Source of the DNA: Candidatus Sumerlaeia bacterium
GTDB lineage: Bacteria > Sumerlaeota > Sumerlaeia > SLMS01 > JANRJK01
DNA length: 64,000 nucleotides
Assembly (NCBI GenBank): GCA_033764015.1
Contig: JANRJK010000053.1
Location: 44,491 to 108,490, forward strand
Direction: 5' to 3'
Shown: positions 16,732 through 26,284 of the stretch, piece by piece
Numbering within the stretch: position 1 is the stretch's first letter
Layout: each line of letters begins with the position of its first letter
The notes under the pieces: model-generated
Database searches by the model: none
What the model saw: the letters and a program-made list of their open reading frames with translations, nothing else
What the model was told of the DNA's origin: nothing
Translations under genes and position numbers: made by a program

Positions 16732-19700
16732 ATGATCGTCCGCACGTTCAAACCGCTCTTCCGCCCGGAGGTGATCCGCGACCGGCTGCTGCGCTTCCCG
16801 ATGCCCCCCGGCGTCGAGGAGCCGCGCCGGCGCCTGGCGTCGCTCGCGTCGCTGTTCGCCACCGGCGACCCGGGGCGGCTCGGCGAGGAGAACCTCAAGC
16901 CCGGCTTCCTCGCCGACGTGTTCGGCGAGCTGCTGGGATACCGCACGCCGAACCAGGCGCCGGGCGCGCACACGATCGTGCCGGAGTTCGCCCTCCGGAC
17001 CGGCGGCTTCGCCGACGCGGTGCTGGGGCGCCAACTAGCCGAGGGGCGCGGCGCGGTGGTCGCCGTCGAGATCAAGGGGCCCCGCGACCCGCTCGACATC
17101 CCCCATGGCGGACGCCGCCTCTCCGCCGTCGAGCAGGGCTTCGACTACGCGATCAACCTCGGCTGCGACTGGATCGTGGTCTCCTCGATGCGCGAGACGC
17201 GCCTGTACCACAAGGGCGCGGACCGGCTGACGTGCGAGCGTTTCGACCTGGCGCTGCTCGCCACGAACGACCACGCACTGCGCCGCTTCCTCTACATCCT
17301 CGGCGCGGAGCGCGTGCTCGCGCCGGACGGAAGCTGCCACCTCGAGGAGCTGCTCGCGGAGTCGAAGCGCGTCGGCGAGCGCCTCACGCGCGAGTTCTAC
17401 GAGGAGTTCTCGCGGCACCGCCTCGAGACGTTCCTGCGCCTGGGCGAGGCGAACCCCGGCGCGGACCGGGTGCGGCTGCTGGCGCTGACGCAGAAGATCC
17501 TAGACCGCGTGCTGTTCTGCGCGTTCGCCGAGGACCGCGGCCTGCTCCCGAAGGACTCGGTGCGCGAGGCCTTCACGTACCGCAACCCGTACACGCCGCA
17601 ACCGGTGTGGAATAATTTCCGCGCCCTTTTCCGATTTATCAACGATGGCAATCCCGACCTGAATATCCCGCGCTATAATGGCGGATTATTCGCCCCGGAC
17701 CCGGAGATCGACGCGCTGGCGGTGCCGGACATGGCATGCTCGGCGTTCCCGGAGCTGGCGCGCTACGACTTCCGCGAGCTCGACACCGGGGGCGAGGAGG
17801 CGCTGGCGTTCGAGACGAACGGGCGCGAGGGCGTCATCGACGTCGAAATCCTCGGCCACATCTTCGAGCAGTCGATCACGGACCTCGAGCGGCTGCGCCT
17901 GGAGATCGAGGAGACGGGGCGCCTCGAGCCGCCGGACCCGAAGCGGGCGAAGGCGAAGCGCAAGAAGGAGGGCGCGTTCTACACGCCGCGATTCATCACG
18001 AGCCACATCGTCGAGCGCACGCTGGGCCCGGTGCTGGCGGACCGCTGCGAACAGGTCCGCGCGCGGCACCACGCGGAGGCAAAGGGCGCGGCGCGGGCGG
18101 CGCTGGCGGACCCGGCGGCGGCGGAACCCGCGCTGCTGCGCCCCGCCGCGCGCGAGGCGCTGGTGCGCTTCTGGCGCGAATGGCGGGACGAACTGGGCAC
18201 CATCCGCGTGCTCGACCCCGCCTGCGGCTCCGGCGCCTTCCTCATCGAGGTCTACGACCAGCTCCTCGCCGCGTACCGCGACGCGAACGCGCGCCTCGAG
18301 GCGCTGGGCTGCGACCCCGAGCTGTTCGACCTGAGCCGCCGCATCCTCGAACGGAACCTCTACGGGGTGGACGTGAACAGCGAGGCGGTCGAGATCTGCC
18401 GGCTCTCGCTCTGGATCAAGACGGCGGAGCGCGGCAAGATCCTGACGGACCTGGACCACACGATCCGGCGCGGGAACTCGATCGTGGACGATCCGGCGCT
18501 GCACCCGTGGGCGCTCGATTGGCGCGCGGCGTTCCCCGAGGTGTTCGAGGGGGGCGGCTTCGACGCGGTGGTGGGTAACCCGCCCTACATCCGGCAGGAG
18601 TGGATCGCGGCGTACAAGGAGCACCTGAAGTCGCGGTACGCGTCATTTTCGGGGACGGCGGATATCTACATTTATTTCATCGAGCGCGGCCTCGATTTAC
18701 TGCGCGAAGGCGGTCGGCTCGGGTTCATCACGAGCGGCACCTTCGCGCGCGGCAATTTCGCGGCGCCTTTCCGCAAGTGGCTGCCGGGCGTGGCGCGGTT
18801 TTCCTCGCTGGTGAATTTCGGCGAAAACCAGCCGTTCGAGGGCGCCGAGATGGTCTACCCCACCATGTTCACGCTGGAGAAGCGCACCGGCCCCGCGACG
18901 TTCCCGACGCTGTTCCTCGACGAGAAGATTCCGAAGGACATCTCGAAGACCATGGAGGAGCACCAGCTCCCCTGCGACGAATCGGTCTTCGAGTCGGAGG
19001 AGTGGAAGTTCCAGCCGAAGGACGTCACGGCGCTCTTCCGAAAGCTGTCGGGCGCGGGCGTGCCGCTCGCCGAAGCGGTGAAGGGGCGCATCTACTACGG
19101 CATCAAGACCGGCTTGAACGAGGCGTTCATCATCGACACGCCGACGCGCGACGCGCTGGTGGCGGCTGATGCGCGGTCGGCGGAGATCATCCGCCCGATC
19201 CTGAAGGGCGAGGACCTGCGCCCGTGGCATCAGGACTGGGAGGGGAACCATCTGCTCGCGATTCCTTCCGGGATGACTCGCCAACTCGCTGGGCCCGACG
19301 TGGACGAGTGCGGTGGCTGGCGTTGGTTCGCCACCGAGTTCCACGCTGTGGCCGAACACCTCGCGCGGCACGAGACGACGGCGCGGCTTCGACAGGACAA
19401 GGGCGACTTCTGGTGGGAATTGCGGCCGTGCAGCTATTATTCGGAGTTCGACCAGCCGAAAATCCTCTGGCCGGACATTCAGAAACTGCCGCGTTTTTCT
19501 TGGGACGCGACGGGATTTTATGTCAATGATAAGGGCTTCATCCTGCTCGCGGGCTCTGCCTCGACACTTTCGCTACTTAACTCGCACACGCTTTGGTTCT
19601 GCATTTCGCAGCTTTGCCTTCCGCTACGCCTGAGGAAGGGGCTTTGGCAGTATCAGTCGAAGTCCCAGTTCATCGAGCGCCTCCCCATCCCCGCGCTCTC

Positions 19701-20115
19701 CGCGGAGGACGACGCTGCGCTGGCGCGGATCGCGGAGGAGGTGACGGATTTCGCGCGCGAGCGGCACGCGCTGCACCGGGCGACGCGGCACCGGATCGTG
19801 GCGGACCTGTTGCCGCGCGATGCGAGGGCGACGAACGCGATCACCACGTGGTGGGAGCTGGACCTGCGGGCGCTCCGCGAGGAGTTGGCGCGCGCGGCGA
19901 AGTCCGACATCCCGGTGCGCGAACGCGCCGATTGGGAGGCGTTCCTGGCCACGCAGCGCACCGCGCACGAACGCCTCACCGCCGCCATCGTCTCCCGCGA
20001 GGAGGAGTTGAACGACCGGGTGTACCGGCTCTACGGGCTCTCCGCGGCGGAGGTGCGGATGCTGGAGGACTTCATGCGCCGCACGAAGACGTTCTATCCG
20101 CTCGGCGAAGTGTAG
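16732..20115 (+). CDS. Type IIG fused restriction endonuclease/N6-adenine methyltransferase (Eco57I-like)
   Basis: N-terminal ADAVL...VEIKG nuclease motif; YNGGLF, ILGHIFEQ, GAFYTP, LDPACGSGAF, GNPPY (gamma order); TaqI_C-like target recognition region. Confidence 0.92.
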   Translation: MIVRTFKPLFRPEVIRDRLLRFPMPPGVEEPRRRLASLASLFATGDPGRLGEENLKPGFLADVFGELLGYRTPNQAPGAHTIVPEFALRTGGFADAVLGRQLAEGRGAVVAVEIKGPRDPLDIPHGGRRLSAVEQGFDYAINLGCDWIVVSSMRETRLYHKGADRLTCERFDLALLATNDHALRRFLYILGAERVLAPDGSCHLEELLAESKRVGERLTREFYEEFSRHRLETFLRLGEANPGADRVRLLALTQKILDRVLFCAFAEDRGLLPKDSVREAFTYRNPYTPQPVWNNFRALFRFINDGNPDLNIPRYNGGLFAPDPEIDALAVPDMACSAFPELARYDFRELDTGGEEALAFETNGREGVIDVEILGHIFEQSITDLERLRLEIEETGRLEPPDPKRAKAKRKKEGAFYTPRFITSHIVERTLGPVLADRCEQVRARHHAEAKGAARAALADPAAAEPALLRPAAREALVRFWREWRDELGTIRVLDPACGSGAFLIEVYDQLLAAYRDANARLEALGCDPELFDLSRRILERNLYGVDVNSEAVEICRLSLWIKTAERGKILTDLDHTIRRGNSIVDDPALHPWALDWRAAFPEVFEGGGFDAVVGNPPYIRQEWIAAYKEHLKSRYASFSGTADIYIYFIERGLDLLREGGRLGFITSGTFARGNFAAPFRKWLPGVARFSSLVNFGENQPFEGAEMVYPTMFTLEKRTGPATFPTLFLDEKIPKDISKTMEEHQLPCDESVFESEEWKFQPKDVTALFRKLSGAGVPLAEAVKGRIYYGIKTGLNEAFIIDTPTRDALVAADARSAEIIRPILKGEDLRPWHQDWEGNHLLAIPSGMTRQLAGPDVDECGGWRWFATEFHAVAEHLARHETTARLRQDKGDFWWELRPCSYYSEFDQPKILWPDIQKLPRFSWDATGFYVNDKGFILLAGSASTLSLLNSHTLWFCISQLCLPLRLRKGLWQYQSKSQFIERLPIPALSAEDDAALARIAEEVTDFARERHALHRATRHRIVADLLPRDARATNAITTWWELDLRALREELARAAKSDIPVRERADWEAFLATQRTAHERLTAAIVSREEELNDRVYRLYGLSAAEVRMLEDFMRRTKTFYPLGEV

Positions 20116-20182
20116 CCCCCCGATGCCCGTTGACGGGTATCGGCGGATGCGCGGAAGATCGGGGTAAACCCCGACTCCCGGA

Positions 20183-23100
20183 GTGGCTCCCGTGACTGAA
20201 GACGAAACGCTCGCCAAGCCTCCCGAGACGTTGCCGGCGGATCCGATGGCGACGTTCGATCCGTCGGGGGTGCGGGATTCGTTGTTCGGGCTGGGGGCGG
20301 ACCAGAGCGCTGCGCGGACGGCGGAGCTGCCCGGTTCGGCGCAGGCGCCGGCGATGGGGCCCGCGCGCAGCGCGTCGTCCTTCGTGTTCCGCCGGCGGCT
20401 GGCGCAGGGCGGCATGGGCGAGGTGTGGGAGGCGGTGCAGGACAACCTGCGGCGCGTGGTGGCGGTGAAGCGGTTGCGCCCGGACCGCGTGTTCCGCCGC
20501 CCCGGCGAGTCGGATCCGGTGGCGGAGGGTGCGTTCCGCGAGGAGGCGCTGACGGCGGCGCAGCTCGACCATCCGAACATCGTGCCGGTGCACGACATGT
20601 CGGTGGACGAATCGGGGCTGCCGATCCTGGCGATGAAGCTGGTGCGGGGGCGCTCCTGGGAGGAGGCGCTGCGGGCGGACTTCGCGGCGCTGGGGCCGGA
20701 GGAGCACTTGGCGCGGCATCTGCCGATCCTGGTGGACGTGTCGCAGGCGGTGGCCTACGCGCACAGCCGGGGGATCGCGCACCGGGACCTGAAGCCGGCG
20801 CAGGTGATGCTGGGGAGCTTCGGCGAAGTGCTGCTGATGGACTGGGGCCTGGCGGTGGCGTTCGACGCGGAGGCGCTGGCGTCGACCTCGGGCGGGGTGC
20901 CGGCGGGTCCGATGCCGACGCGGGCTTCGGCGACGAGCCCCGCGGGGACGCCGGCGTACATGGCGCCGGAGCAGGTGCGCTACTCCGCCGAGGGCATCGG
21001 CCCGTGGACGGATGTGTACCTGCTGGGCGGCATCCTCTACCAGATCCTGGCGGGGCGTCCGCCGCGGAAGGCGCCGACGAGCCACGCGGCGTTCCGCATG
21101 GCGGCGGAGGGGCGCGTGGATGCGCTGCCGGCGGACGGCGAGGGCGGGCGCCCGGTGCCGGAGGAGCTGGCGCGGCTGTGCGAACGGTGCCTGCGCGCGG
21201 AGCCGAAGGAGCGCCCGGAAGCCGCGTCGGTGTTCGTGGAGCGGGTGCAGGAGTACCTGTCCGGTTCGCGGAGCCGGGCGGAATCGGCGGCGATCGTGGC
21301 GGCGGCCCGCGGCGAGGCCGCGGCGGCGGGGGCGGACTACCACCGCTGGTCGGAGCTGCTGGGGCGGCTGGCGCGGGCGCGCGCGCTGTGGCCGGGGAAC
21401 CCGGGCGAGGGGGAGCTGCGCGCGCGGGCGCTGGAGGGCTTCGCGCGGGCGGCGCTTGGGCGCGGCGACCTGGTGCTGGCGCGGGTGCAGGCGGAGGCGC
21501 TGCCGGAGGGCGCGGCGCGCGCGGGGCTGCTCGAGGCGGTGGGCGCGGCGGAGCTGGCGGCGCTGCGGCGCGAGCGCACGCGGCGCGGGGCGCTGGCGGC
21601 GGTGGCGGCGCTGGCGGCGGTGGTGATCCTCGGCGGCCTTTGGTACAACGACCGGCTGGCGCGGCGCGCGGAGGCGGAGGAGCTGGCGCGCCGCGAGGCG
21701 CAGGCGGCCAAGTCGCGCACCGACGGCATGGTGGCGTTCATGCTCGGCGACCTGACGGAGCGCCTCGAACCGATCGGGCGGCTCGGCATCATGGACTCGG
21801 TGCTGGCGACGGTGGAGGGGCAGATGCCGGCGTCGTCGGAGGGCTTGGCGACGGCGGACCGCGCGGCGCTGGCGCGGCTGTCCAAGTCGGTCGCGGAGGT
21901 GCGTCTGGCGCAGGGCAAACCGGACGAGGCGGAGGTGGCGGCGCGGCGCGCGCTCGGCGAGGCGCTCGCCCCCGGAGTGGCGGCGCTGGAGCGCGCGCTC
22001 GAGGCGGAGGCGCACGCGACGCTGGGCCTCGTGCTGACGCAGCTTGGGCGGCACGGCGAGGCGCTGGAGGCGCACCGGCGGGCGCTGGCGGTGCGGGAGG
22101 AGCTGGCCCCGGCGGCGGACGCGCCGCTGGAGGCGCGGCTCGCGCTGGGCGCGGCGATCCTCGCGGTGGGGAAGGCGCTCGAGGCGCGCGCGACAACGGA
22201 GGAGGCGCTGGCGGAGTACCGCCGGGCGCACGCGCTGCACGAGGAGCTGGCGCGGAGCCACGCGGGCGTCCCGGAGGTGGAGGGTGCGCTGGGCGCCTCC
22301 GCCGCCGCGATGGGCGAGGTGCTCACGGACCAGGGGAAGCTGGACGAGGCGCGGGCGCGATTCGCGGCGGCGCGGGAGGCGCGCGCGCGGGCGCTCGGCG
22401 CGGACCCGCGCAACGCGCGTCGGCGGCTCGAGCTGGCGAGCGCGCACCTGCGGCTCGCGGAAGTGCACTTCATCGAGGACAGCTTCGACGAGGCGCGGGC
22501 GCAGCGGCTGGAGGCGCTGGCGATCGAGCGGTCGCTGGCGCAGGCGGACCCGGGCGACCTGTCGCTGCGCGCGCGGGTGGCGCGCTCGCTCGCCGCGCTC
22601 GGCCAGGTCGGCGAGGCGACCGGCCAGTTCGCGGAGGCGCGGACGTACTACGGCGAGGCGCTCGGGATCGTGACGGATCTCGCGGCGGATTCGCCGAACG
22701 ACGCTTTCCTGCTGGGCGAACTCGGCGAGATCAACCGGGCGCTGGGCGACATCGCCTCGGAGAGCGGCGAGCACGAGCGCAGCCTCGAGCACTACCTCGA
22801 GTACGCGCGCTTGTCGCGGGAGCGCTCCGCGCTGGATCCGGAGAGCCTGCCGGACCGTAACTCGATCGCCATCGCGCTCTCGCGCGTCGGAACGGCGAAG
22901 GTCGAACTCGGTGACGCGGCCGGCGGCGTGGAGACGTTCAAGGAGTCGCTGGCGATCGCCGAAGAAGTCAGTTCGCGCGACCCGGATAACGGCGAGATGT
23001 CGCGCGGCGTCGGCGCCATGAACGGACGCATCGGCATGGTGCTCGAAGGCGACGGGCGCCTGGAGGAGGCGGTCGAAAGCTACCGTCGGCAGTACGCGGT

Positions 23101-23992
23101 GATGTCGGCGCTGGCGGCGAAGGCGCCGAACAATCCGAACTGGAACTACGAGGCGGCGTTCCCCGCGTTCCGCGCGGCGGGGATTCTCCTCAAGCTGGCC
23201 CGGCCGGAGGAGGCGGAGCGCGAGAACCTGCTGGCGCGAGCCGTCTTCGAGCACCTCACCACGACGCATCCGGAGCGGGCGCTGGCGCACTACCAGCTCG
23301 GGCAGACGTGGACGCGCACGGGTGATTTCTCGGAGGACCGCGGCGACCGCGCCGCGGCGCAGTCGGCCCACGCGGCCTCCGTCGCGGCGTTCGAGAACGC
23401 CTACGAGCGGCAGCCCGGCAACCACGTGATCCTCTCCGCGATCGTGAACGCGCGCGGCGACAACGGTGCGCTGCTGGCGAAGCTGGGCCGCCACGCGGAA
23501 GCGCGCGCCGCGCACGACGCCGCCCTCGCCGAGCTGCCGGAACTCGCGGAGATCGGCGCGGACGATCCGTGGACCACGACGACGATGCTGCGGGCGTGGA
23601 CGCGCTCGGGCGCGGCGCGGCTCGCGGCGGGAGACAGCGAGGGCGCGAAGGCGGACCTCGCGAAAGCGCTCGAAGCGCGCCCCGCGGCGCTGCCGGAGGA
23701 CGACCGCTCGGACGCAATCTACTGGGCGGAGTTGGACCTCGCCGCCGGGGATCTCGCGCTCGCGGAGGGCGACGCCGCGCGCGCCGCCGCCGCTTGGGAG
23801 GCCGCGCTCGCGTTGCTCGACCAGTTCACGGATCCGAAGCCGCCGGCGGACGGCGCGGTTGGACGGTTGCGCGTGCTCGCGCTACTGCGGCTCGGCCGCG
23901 CGGGGGAGGCGCGCCCGCTGTACGAGTCTCTCGCGGCGAAGGGGCTTCGCGAGACCGAGCTGGTGGAGGCGGCGCGGCGGGCCGGCTTCTAG
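20183..23992 (+). CDS. Ser/Thr protein kinase with TM segment and TPR repeats
   Basis: GGMGEV, VAVK, HPNIVPVH, HRDLKPAQ, DWG, GTPAYMAPEQ, DVYLLG; hydrophobic segment followed by many TPR-like repeats. Confidence 0.92.
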   Translation: MAPVTEDETLAKPPETLPADPMATFDPSGVRDSLFGLGADQSAARTAELPGSAQAPAMGPARSASSFVFRRRLAQGGMGEVWEAVQDNLRRVVAVKRLRPDRVFRRPGESDPVAEGAFREEALTAAQLDHPNIVPVHDMSVDESGLPILAMKLVRGRSWEEALRADFAALGPEEHLARHLPILVDVSQAVAYAHSRGIAHRDLKPAQVMLGSFGEVLLMDWGLAVAFDAEALASTSGGVPAGPMPTRASATSPAGTPAYMAPEQVRYSAEGIGPWTDVYLLGGILYQILAGRPPRKAPTSHAAFRMAAEGRVDALPADGEGGRPVPEELARLCERCLRAEPKERPEAASVFVERVQEYLSGSRSRAESAAIVAAARGEAAAAGADYHRWSELLGRLARARALWPGNPGEGELRARALEGFARAALGRGDLVLARVQAEALPEGAARAGLLEAVGAAELAALRRERTRRGALAAVAALAAVVILGGLWYNDRLARRAEAEELARREAQAAKSRTDGMVAFMLGDLTERLEPIGRLGIMDSVLATVEGQMPASSEGLATADRAALARLSKSVAEVRLAQGKPDEAEVAARRALGEALAPGVAALERALEAEAHATLGLVLTQLGRHGEALEAHRRALAVREELAPAADAPLEARLALGAAILAVGKALEARATTEEALAEYRRAHALHEELARSHAGVPEVEGALGASAAAMGEVLTDQGKLDEARARFAAAREARARALGADPRNARRRLELASAHLRLAEVHFIEDSFDEARAQRLEALAIERSLAQADPGDLSLRARVARSLAALGQVGEATGQFAEARTYYGEALGIVTDLAADSPNDAFLLGELGEINRALGDIASESGEHERSLEHYLEYARLSRERSALDPESLPDRNSIAIALSRVGTAKVELGDAAGGVETFKESLAIAEEVSSRDPDNGEMSRGVGAMNGRIGMVLEGDGRLEEAVESYRRQYAVMSALAAKAPNNPNWNYEAAFPAFRAAGILLKLARPEEAERENLLARAVFEHLTTTHPERALAHYQLGQTWTRTGDFSEDRGDRAAAQSAHAASVAAFENAYERQPGNHVILSAIVNARGDNGALLAKLGRHAEARAAHDAALAELPELAEIGADDPWTTTTMLRAWTRSGAARLAAGDSEGAKADLAKALEARPAALPEDDRSDAIYWAELDLAAGDLALAEGDAARAAAAWEAALALLDQFTDPKPPADGAVGRLRVLALLRLGRAGEARPLYESLAAKGLRETELVEAARRAGF

Positions 23993-24011
23993 CGGCCCCG
24001 GCTCCCGGGCG

Positions 24012-24467
24012 TCAGAGCTTCTCCCCCGGCAGGCGGCTTGCCTGGCGCACCCAGTCGGCGAACTGCGCCTCGTCGAGCGGCGGGCTCTCGGGGACGTGGA
24101 GGTAGCGGACGCCCGGCTGCTTCGATCCGACCGGCGGCTCGGGTTCGAGCGGCTCGCCGCGGAAGAAGGTCACCTTCAGGTAGTTGGTGAAGCAGTGGAA
24201 GGCGAGGAACCAGCCTTCCGCCCCGGGCGCGCCGTAGAATGGCGAGTTCCACTTCACCGCCTTGCGGACGCCGGGGACTTCGCGCGCGATGATGGCGTCG
24301 AGGCGGCGGGCGGCGTCACGCTTCCAGCCCGGGATCGCGGCGAGGTAGGCTTGCACGGGCGCGTCGCCGTCGCCCTTCGGGATCCGCGGGTTGTCGCCGG
24401 ACAGGAGGCGCGGCGCGTCCGGGGAGGTGGGGGACGGCGCGGCCTTGCGGGGCTTGCGCTCTGCCAT
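24012..24467 (-). CDS. DUF1801 (YdhG-like) protein
   Basis: LLSGDNPRIPKGDGDAPVQAY...KAVKWNSPFYG...WVRQASRLPGE; GGAGG-like context upstream of ATG 24467. Confidence 0.85.
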   Translation of the reverse strand: MAERKPRKAAPSPTSPDAPRLLSGDNPRIPKGDGDAPVQAYLAAIPGWKRDAARRLDAIIAREVPGVRKAVKWNSPFYGAPGAEGWFLAFHCFTNYLKVTFFRGEPLEPEPPVGSKQPGVRYLHVPESPPLDEAQFADWVRQASRLPGEKL

Positions 24468-24499
24468 GGGGGAGGGCCCTTCCGACTTGGCGGGCGCGC

Positions 24500-25024
24500 C
24501 TAGGGGCGGGCCGCTTGGATCACGGCGAGGAGTTCCTCGGACCGCTGGCTGCCGATGAGGACGCGTTCCCCGCTCTTGAGGACAAGCTGGACGCCGCGGT
24601 CGCCGCGGGCGTTGTACGCGGTGCCGGCGAGGCCGCGGCGGTAGCCCCGGCCGCCGTAGTCGCGCAGCGGGCGGTACGTGCGCACCTCCGCCGAGGCGAT
24701 GTCGCGGAGCGCGATGGTCCGGTTGGCGAGCACGCCCAGCCGCACGGCGAGCGCGCCGGGCACCACTACGGTCAGCAGGCGGAGCCGCGAGAGAAGCAGG
24801 AGGACGACGATCAGGCCGGCGGCGACGACGGCCAGCAGCGCCGGCTCGAACTTGTTGTCGAGGACCATAGCGCCGACGCCGATGGCGAGGGCCACCGCTT
24901 CGATGATCGTGACCGTCGCCAGCAGGTTGGGGGAGAAGGACTGCTCCTCGGCGAAGAGCGGCTGGTCCGGGCGCACGGTCGACTGCCACCCCGCATCGCG
25001 GGCGGTTCCCAAGGGGGCGCCCAT
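24500..25024 (-). CDS. Membrane protein (two TM helices plus PH-like domain; DUF6141-like)
   Basis: LFAEEQSF, two TM helices, YRPLRDYGGRGYR...AYNARGDRGVQL...LIGSQR; ATG overlaps the upstream TGA. Confidence 0.75.
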   Translation of the reverse strand: MGAPLGTARDAGWQSTVRPDQPLFAEEQSFSPNLLATVTIIEAVALAIGVGAMVLDNKFEPALLAVVAAGLIVVLLLLSRLRLLTVVVPGALAVRLGVLANRTIALRDIASAEVRTYRPLRDYGGRGYRRGLAGTAYNARGDRGVQLVLKSGERVLIGSQRSEELLAVIQAARP

Positions 25025-26178
25025 CAATACACCACGAAACCCGAGCCGGGAACGTCGAACAGCAGCGAAGACCATGGAAGGAATTCGGTCAGCGGGGGCG
25101 CATCCCCGGTGAGCGGGCGCGGATACTCGACCATACGGCGCTCGCCCGTGGCGCGGTCGATCCAGACCAAGTCTTCCAGCGAGGACTCGAGGCCCATCAG
25201 GTGGCGCCCGTCGGGCGAAGCGGCGGCCAGGGTGAACTTGCCTGTGCCCGCCCCCCCGCCAGCCGACGCGCCACTGAACGGGGCGAACTCGCCGCCTCCC
25301 TCCCCCGGATCGTAGCGCCAAAGCTCGGTCCCCTGACCACCGCCCCCCGACCAGCAATACACCCTTCCGTCGGCGTCGGCGACGATCTCGCCGGAACTAC
25401 CCGTGAACGGGTTGCCTGCCGGCGTCCCGGACGCCTGCTCGTACAGGAGCGTCCGGTTTCCCGTCGCGGGATCGATCTCGATGAGCTGGAAGGTTCCGGA
25501 GGTGGCTCCCTGCTGCCGCAGAAAAAGCTTCCCCCCCGGCTGCGCGGCCAAGAGCTGCCGACCGTCGGTGGAGTACCGCAAGGCCGGGCCCGTCCCCACG
25601 GCGGAACCGGACAGCACCGAGCGCGCTCCGGTGGCGGCGTCGATGCGGTCGATCCGGAACACCGCGCTACCCTCGTTCACCACGCTGAGCGCAGCGAGGG
25701 ACCCTGCGTCGAGGCGCGCGAGGCAGCGTATGCCGACAACCGCGGGCGACTCGGAGTAGGCGGGGCCGAAGGTGCTTCGCTCCAGCGTCCGGCGGTCCAA
25801 GCGAAGCAGCGTCTGGGGTTGGTTCAGCGGGGCCAGCACCAGCGCCTCGGGCCCGAGGCGCTCCGCAGCCGCGAGCTGGTAGTGCGCGGCGCCCGAGCCG
25901 GTCGTCTGCGACATGACCAACCGGGACTGCCCATCCGACGGCCGGATGCCGTAGGCGGCGCCCCACACGCCTTGAGAGGTGTGGGCGGGGGGGACCCCGG
26001 GCATCACCAGGATGATTTCGTTGGCGGGCGGAGGCGGTGCCAGCCCACGGGACGAAGCGTCCCCGGATGCGGCGCCGGCGCGGGGCGTCCCAAGCAAGGC
26101 GAAGCCGACGAGGATGGCTAGGCGGGCGATTGCGGAGGATTGCGCGAATCGAGCCACGGGTGCGGTTCTCCGATACAT
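25024..26178 (-). CDS. Secreted beta-propeller-like protein
   Basis: Signal peptide; repeated (R/E/W)IDxxTGxRxx blades; ends VPGSGFVVY. Confidence 0.75.
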   Translation of the reverse strand: MYRRTAPVARFAQSSAIARLAILVGFALLGTPRAGAASGDASSRGLAPPPPANEIILVMPGVPPAHTSQGVWGAAYGIRPSDGQSRLVMSQTTGSGAAHYQLAAAERLGPEALVLAPLNQPQTLLRLDRRTLERSTFGPAYSESPAVVGIRCLARLDAGSLAALSVVNEGSAVFRIDRIDAATGARSVLSGSAVGTGPALRYSTDGRQLLAAQPGGKLFLRQQGATSGTFQLIEIDPATGNRTLLYEQASGTPAGNPFTGSSGEIVADADGRVYCWSGGGGQGTELWRYDPGEGGGEFAPFSGASAGGGAGTGKFTLAAASPDGRHLMGLESSLEDLVWIDRATGERRMVEYPRPLTGDAPPLTEFLPWSSLLFDVPGSGFVVY

Positions 26179-26221
26179 GGACGTGTGATAGAGAGACTTC
26201 GCGGTTTGGCCTCTTGTCAAG

Positions 26222-26253
26222 CCGCGCCGGGAGCCATCGGGCTCCCGGCGCGG
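26222..26253 (-). terminator. Stem-loop downstream of the 26285-27571 gene
   Basis: CCGCGCCGGGAGCC-ATCG-GGCTCCCGGCGCGG, 14-bp perfect stem; weak U tail. Confidence 0.55.
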
Positions 26254-26284
26254 GTGTGTTCGCAGAGGTTGTCGGTGGTGGTGT

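Noticed and set aside
20072..23515. 1147-aa minus-strand ORF
   Set aside because: Shadow of the TPR kinase.
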